Of a stretch of DNA of 64,000 nucleotides, positions 60,910 through 64,000 are shown in pieces. The position numbers and the translations under genes were made by a program. Position 1 is the stretch's first letter; each line of letters begins with the position of its first letter. The notes under the pieces were generated by a model. The model worked only from the letters and a program-made list of their open reading frames with translations, was not told the DNA's origin and did no database searches. This DNA comes from a virus, in the IMG/VR virus record IMGVR_UViG_3300027984_000001; one strand, given 5' to 3'.

Positions 60910-61725
60910 TTACCAAATAACGCGCCTATTCATGCATCCACAATTCGGAAGATTGGCAATAACTAACTGACCATTGTTAGATGACTTAACAGGAATCCTT
61001 GTCAAATCTCCACACGTACGCGGTGTCTGTGTCCATGCCGCTATATTACTACCCATTGCAGTATTGATATTGAAACAACGCACAGGAATTACGACCCAGA
61101 TTTCTTTATCGATAAGTGCCCCGCAATCAAATACCAGTATTTCAATCGTCGTACTGCAATCTGCCATCGTCATATTGCTAATAATCCTAAACTCAAAATG
61201 ACGCGGCGGCTTGCATTCGCAATCATCATGCCCATGATCTACTAATCCTTCAACAGACTGATCTTGCGGCGCAAGTTCTATCAGAGGATTAGTATCAAAT
61301 CTAATACCATCCCGTGTAAACATATGACAGTTTTGACGCAAAACAGATTCTATGTTTGCCGTGGAAAAGGCGAACGTATGTTGATTACCGTCTTTCAACA
61401 GTGCATAAACAGGAAAATTACCGCTAACAACGTTGATAGAATCTGATGGAATCTCCAAAATAAAATTCCGATTCATTCTAAAACCGTCAACATCGCCTAT
61501 AAGGAAAAGACTATTCTGCACTCCCTCAATTTGTGCAACGCGTTCTATTGTTATGACTTTAGGCGGCTCGCAAGGCATAGGGAACTTATGCGTGACTGTA
61601 CTGCAAATAAATCCATGTCCACAATCGCATTCCCTACCAACCGTCGCTCGACCCGCTGTAAATCCACAACCAATAGCACGTTGGACGTTATCTGCCGCCC
61701 TCATTGGGAAAAAACCATCAATCAT
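60910..61725 (-). CDS. Cys-rich hypothetical protein
   Basis: 271 aa with 17 Cys. Followed by a terminator. Confidence 0.55.
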   Translation of the reverse strand: MIDGFFPMRAADNVQRAIGCGFTAGRATVGRECDCGHGFICSTVTHKFPMPCEPPKVITIERVAQIEGVQNSLFLIGDVDGFRMNRNFILEIPSDSINVVSGNFPVYALLKDGNQHTFAFSTANIESVLRQNCHMFTRDGIRFDTNPLIELAPQDQSVEGLVDHGHDDCECKPPRHFEFRIISNMTMADCSTTIEILVFDCGALIDKEIWVVIPVRCFNINTAMGSNIAAWTQTPRTCGDLTRIPVKSSNNGQLVIANLPNCGCMNRRVIW

Positions 61726-61834
61726 TAATAAGCTCCTCTTAATTTATATTAAGCGGAGAGCATAGACCCCCGGCAGGTCTAATGTCTCGACGCTTATGTC
61801 AAATTGCGCCCGGAACGCAATTAAACATCAATTT

Positions 61835-62545
61835 CTAACAATACCCCGGCGCGGCGTATCCGTTTGACCCACAATATTGCGCAACCGGCATATAAGGATG
61901 ACCATATTCAGGGATATAAGCGGGTCTTGGAATTTTCATCCGCTCTTCCGCAAGCTTTTCTTTTAACATGTCTATTTCTGACCTATTCAGTCTATCTTCT
62001 ATCTTGCGAAATCCCTCGGATTGCGCGAATAACAATTCTTTAGTATTCTGCAATGCTAAAATAGCGGAATCCTTAAATCCTAATCCAGTATCATACCTGA
62101 CCTGATCCGTTAAGCGTGCCTGATCATAGAACCCTTTATCTGTGGCCGTGCGATTTTCATAAAAATACCGCGCATTATCCATGGATTGAGTATAGGCATT
62201 GTCTTTTATTTCTGTACGTGTTTGTGCAAACTCGCGCATCATATCTCTTTCGACATCCCATATATGCGCCGTTGAATTAAAATTACACGGGTCACAACAT
62301 GAGCCGCATCCCTTTTGTTGGTTATTCATTGCGCCAACCGCCAACGCTGGCGCAAGTGCGTTCATGGGATTGTCGTTGTATTCTTTATGGCGTGACTCAT
62401 CCCTTCGCCATATGAGGATTAACGCAAAAAACACTATAACAATGGCGAAAATCCATATGCCTGACCCCCAAATATTGCGGTCATCTCCCTGCCCACCTGT
62501 AGCTGTTAATACGTTTGGTAATCCTCCAGTATTTTCATAGACCAT
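61835..62545 (-). CDS. single-pass membrane protein with Cys cluster and Tyr/Pro/Gly-rich C-terminus
   Basis: 236 aa. TM GIWIFAIVIVFFALILIW. CGSCCDPC cluster. Confidence 0.55.
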   Translation of the reverse strand: MVYENTGGLPNVLTATGGQGDDRNIWGSGIWIFAIVIVFFALILIWRRDESRHKEYNDNPMNALAPALAVGAMNNQQKGCGSCCDPCNFNSTAHIWDVERDMMREFAQTRTEIKDNAYTQSMDNARYFYENRTATDKGFYDQARLTDQVRYDTGLGFKDSAILALQNTKELLFAQSEGFRKIEDRLNRSEIDMLKEKLAEERMKIPRPAYIPEYGHPYMPVAQYCGSNGYAAPGYC

Positions 62546-62597
62546 TCATTTCACCTCTTTTGTAATTAAGTTAATTTATAATAGCCAATGGTAAACA

Positions 62598-62626
62598 TTG
62601 ACAAATTATCCAGACCGGCATATAAT
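62598..62626 (+). promoter_or_regulatory. plus-strand consensus promoter TTGACA-17-TATAAT
   Basis: Perfect hexamers and a 17-nt spacer, in an intergenic gap. Confidence 0.55.
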
Positions 62627-62632
62627 ATTAGT

Positions 62633-62707
62633 GTCGGGCTTTCGTTCTCCGGCCTCCTTATGGTTCACCCGCTTGGATATTGGGCTTATTCAAGCGGGTC
62701 TTTAATT
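62633..62707 (+). ncRNA. candidate plus-strand small RNA
   Basis: Consensus promoter TTGACA-17-TATAAT (62598-62626) on the plus strand. 9-bp hairpin ACCCGCTTG/CAAGCGGGT (62667-62699) followed by CUUUAAUU. Contains CCUCCUU. Confidence 0.4.
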
Positions 62708-62992
62708 GCCTTCATGATAAAACTTGGGGTCTTTATCCTCTTCATATTTCTTTTTTAAACGTTCATATTCTTTTCGCTCTTTATCATCGCCGTCAGATTC
62801 TTTTTCTTTGCCTTCCATTTCTTGTTTTTGGAAATCCTTTAAACCTTTAACATCATCATCATCAAGTAATTCCTGCACCTTTTTCAGTTTGGGCTTGGAT
62901 AGCGTTGATAATCCTATAATAATTGTCCCTAACCCTAAAACTGCTAATGGCTTGATAAGCTTTTCTAACATTTCATCTTGTTCTTTACCCAT
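62702..62992 (-). CDS. small membrane protein with Lys/Glu/Asp-rich tail
   Basis: Start moved to MGKEQ (TAATG overlap, GGAGG SD). Confidence 0.5.
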   Translation of the reverse strand: MGKEQDEMLEKLIKPLAVLGLGTIIIGLSTLSKPKLKKVQELLDDDDVKGLKDFQKQEMEGKEKESDGDDKERKEYERLKKKYEEDKDPKFYHEGN

Positions 62993-63579
62993 TATTTGAC
63001 CTCCAATACTTTCATTCTTTTCCCAACTACATCCCAACAAATAGACTTTATAAAATTCAAAACATACAAATTCTGATTAGCGGGATAATCTATCATATAA
63101 CTATGCTCATAACAATCCATAACTATTAATGGATACATCCCCACAATCAAACCGCTATCATGTGCATCCAGTAGAATATTTTGTAATGCGCAAGTCTTTA
63201 ATTCATATGCCGCTATGCACCATCCACGGGCCGCTTGCCCTGTAGATAAAAAATCATTACACCAATTTTCATAACTTCCAAAACAATCCTGCGCTAGTTT
63301 GACGTATGCCTTATCTGGTTCATGCTTATCACGACAAGCGTTGCGGAAAAATGATTCATGCAATAACACACTACTCAAGTTATAACTTAATTCTTTCTTT
63401 AATCCCCTATAATGTGAGTAATTTTTATTAGCTTTTTCTGGCTTGCTATCCTGAGATAATTCGCTTAATATCTCATTTGCTTTATCAACATATCCTACAT
63501 ATAACTTATAATGAGCCTGAAACGCTCTATCGCTAACGAACGAAACATTATGACTATATGTAATGGCCTTTACCATCAT
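62992..63579 (-). CDS. sod: Fe/Mn superoxide dismutase-like protein
   Basis: Colinear with SodA: AHYKLYVGYV, LLHESFF, GWCIAAY, MDCYEHSYMIDY. All four metal ligands (H, H, D, H) are present. Confidence 0.7.
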   Translation of the reverse strand: MMVKAITYSHNVSFVSDRAFQAHYKLYVGYVDKANEILSELSQDSKPEKANKNYSHYRGLKKELSYNLSSVLLHESFFRNACRDKHEPDKAYVKLAQDCFGSYENWCNDFLSTGQAARGWCIAAYELKTCALQNILLDAHDSGLIVGMYPLIVMDCYEHSYMIDYPANQNLYVLNFIKSICWDVVGKRMKVLEVK

Positions 63580-63884
63580 TTATCACCGATAAAAAATTTT
63601 AAAATAGTATTTAAATTTCCCGTTTCTTTCAGAATATGTTCAGCATGGGGAATAATATCGTCTGGTTTTTTTTGTTTAAAAGATTGCCATATTTGATTAT
63701 CCTTTAACGCGCCGTCCCATCCTCTACTTTTCGCTATTTGTTCTAAACCGGCCATTACTGCCCCGACTGACTTTTCGGACTGGCCTATCTTCATTGCTTG
63801 ATTCATTATTTGCCCGGCTTCGGGCATTTTGCCGGTTATCCACTTCCAAACGTTCGCCATCAATGGCTGAGGTATTAGCGGCAT
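63576..63884 (-). CDS. hypothetical protein
   Basis: 102-aa ORF with ATGA overlap to the sod-like gene. Its N-terminal part overlaps another open frame. Confidence 0.45.
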   Translation of the reverse strand: MPLIPQPLMANVWKWITGKMPEAGQIMNQAMKIGQSEKSVGAVMAGLEQIAKSRGWDGALKDNQIWQSFKQKKPDDIIPHAEHILKETGNLNTILKFFIGDK

Positions 63885-64000
63885 CCGATATCATCTCTTT
63901 TACTTCACATAGTAAATTTTCCAAATCATTAAGCTGTTCCTGCATTCTATCAATGCGCGGCGTTAATATGTTCTGCTCATTAGATTGTTCTTGTTTATTA
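63724..64000 (-). CDS. partial coiled-coil ORF entering from beyond the window
   Basis: The frame is open from position 64000. It overlaps 63576..63884 by 160 nt, so only one of the two frames is likely real in the overlap. Confidence 0.3.
   Translation of the reverse strand, partial: NKQEQSNEQNILTPRIDRMQEQLNDLENLLCEVKEMISDAANTSAIDGERLEVDNRQNARSRANNESSNEDRPVRKVSRGSNGRFRTNSEK

Noticed and set aside
321-63696. All plus-strand ORFs in the supplied track (for example 3396..3683, 5242..5842, 8439..8705, 27705..28076, 31484..31825, 46670..47116, 48690..49088, 61433..61765).
   Set aside because: Each lies antisense within a longer, motif-supported minus-strand CDS or across its promoter. None has an SD, and they show low-complexity or odd composition. 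I treat them as shadow ORFs.
1-64000. Stop-codon reassignment (TAG or TGA read as sense), prompted by the in-frame TAG at 37028.
   Set aside because: TAA, TAG and TGA all terminate ORFs exactly at overlapping or adjacent downstream starts throughout the window, and long genes contain no in-frame stops.

Overview
This window is a contiguous piece of a tailed, siphovirus-like phage or phage-plasmid. The host looks like a low-GC Gram-positive, judging from AGGAGG-type SD sites, TTGACA/TATAAT promoters and frequent TTG/GTG starts. All credible protein genes are on the minus strand, so transcription runs 64000 -> 1. I saw no tRNA, rRNA, CRISPR array or integrase.

Gene order in the transcription direction:
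- 64.0-58.8 kb: a block of unknown proteins that includes an Fe/Mn-SOD-like gene.
- 58.0-58.6 kb: a phage sigma-70-family factor.
- 58-41 kb: an early region of about 40 very small genes in mini-operons, each behind a conserved terminator-promoter cassette. It also holds an FtsK/TraB-like translocase with a MobC-like RHH protein, a Gp157/Sak4/DUF669 recombination module, XRE regulators, DUF3310, dCTP deaminase and a HEPN/MNT pair.
- 41-31 kb: a prim-pol/SF3 helicase next to an iteron-rich putative origin, Zn-ribbon proteins, an ERCC4 nuclease and a DNA methyltransferase.
- 31-29 kb: a TubR/TubZ (tubulin-like) partition-type cluster.
- 29-25 kb: membrane-anchored proteins, a secreted SLT+M15 wall hydrolase and a thioredoxin.
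- 25-22 kb: ParB-methyltransferase, ParB-like and GT-A-like genes.
- 22-0 kb: terminase, portal, head morphogenesis, a glutamate decarboxylase moron, scaffold, an HNH-AP2 endonuclease, the major capsid gene, neck, major tail, G/GT chaperones, tape measure, baseplate and tail fiber.

Most notable hunt results:
- An ORF-less group I intron (14082..14391) splits the major capsid gene. I could define canonical splice sites, and a free-standing HNH-AP2 endonuclease gene lies immediately upstream.
- An array of 12 GGGAC/GTCCC motifs sits inside the 3' end of the FtsK/TraB-like gene, just before its C-terminal HTH.
- Several genes only make sense if they start at AUU/AUC.
- At least 13 copies of a conserved tandem-promoter cassette are present.
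- There are a few promoter+terminator units without ORFs (candidate sRNAs), including the only plus-strand promoters in the window.

All functional calls come from motif recognition by eye. No database search was run.
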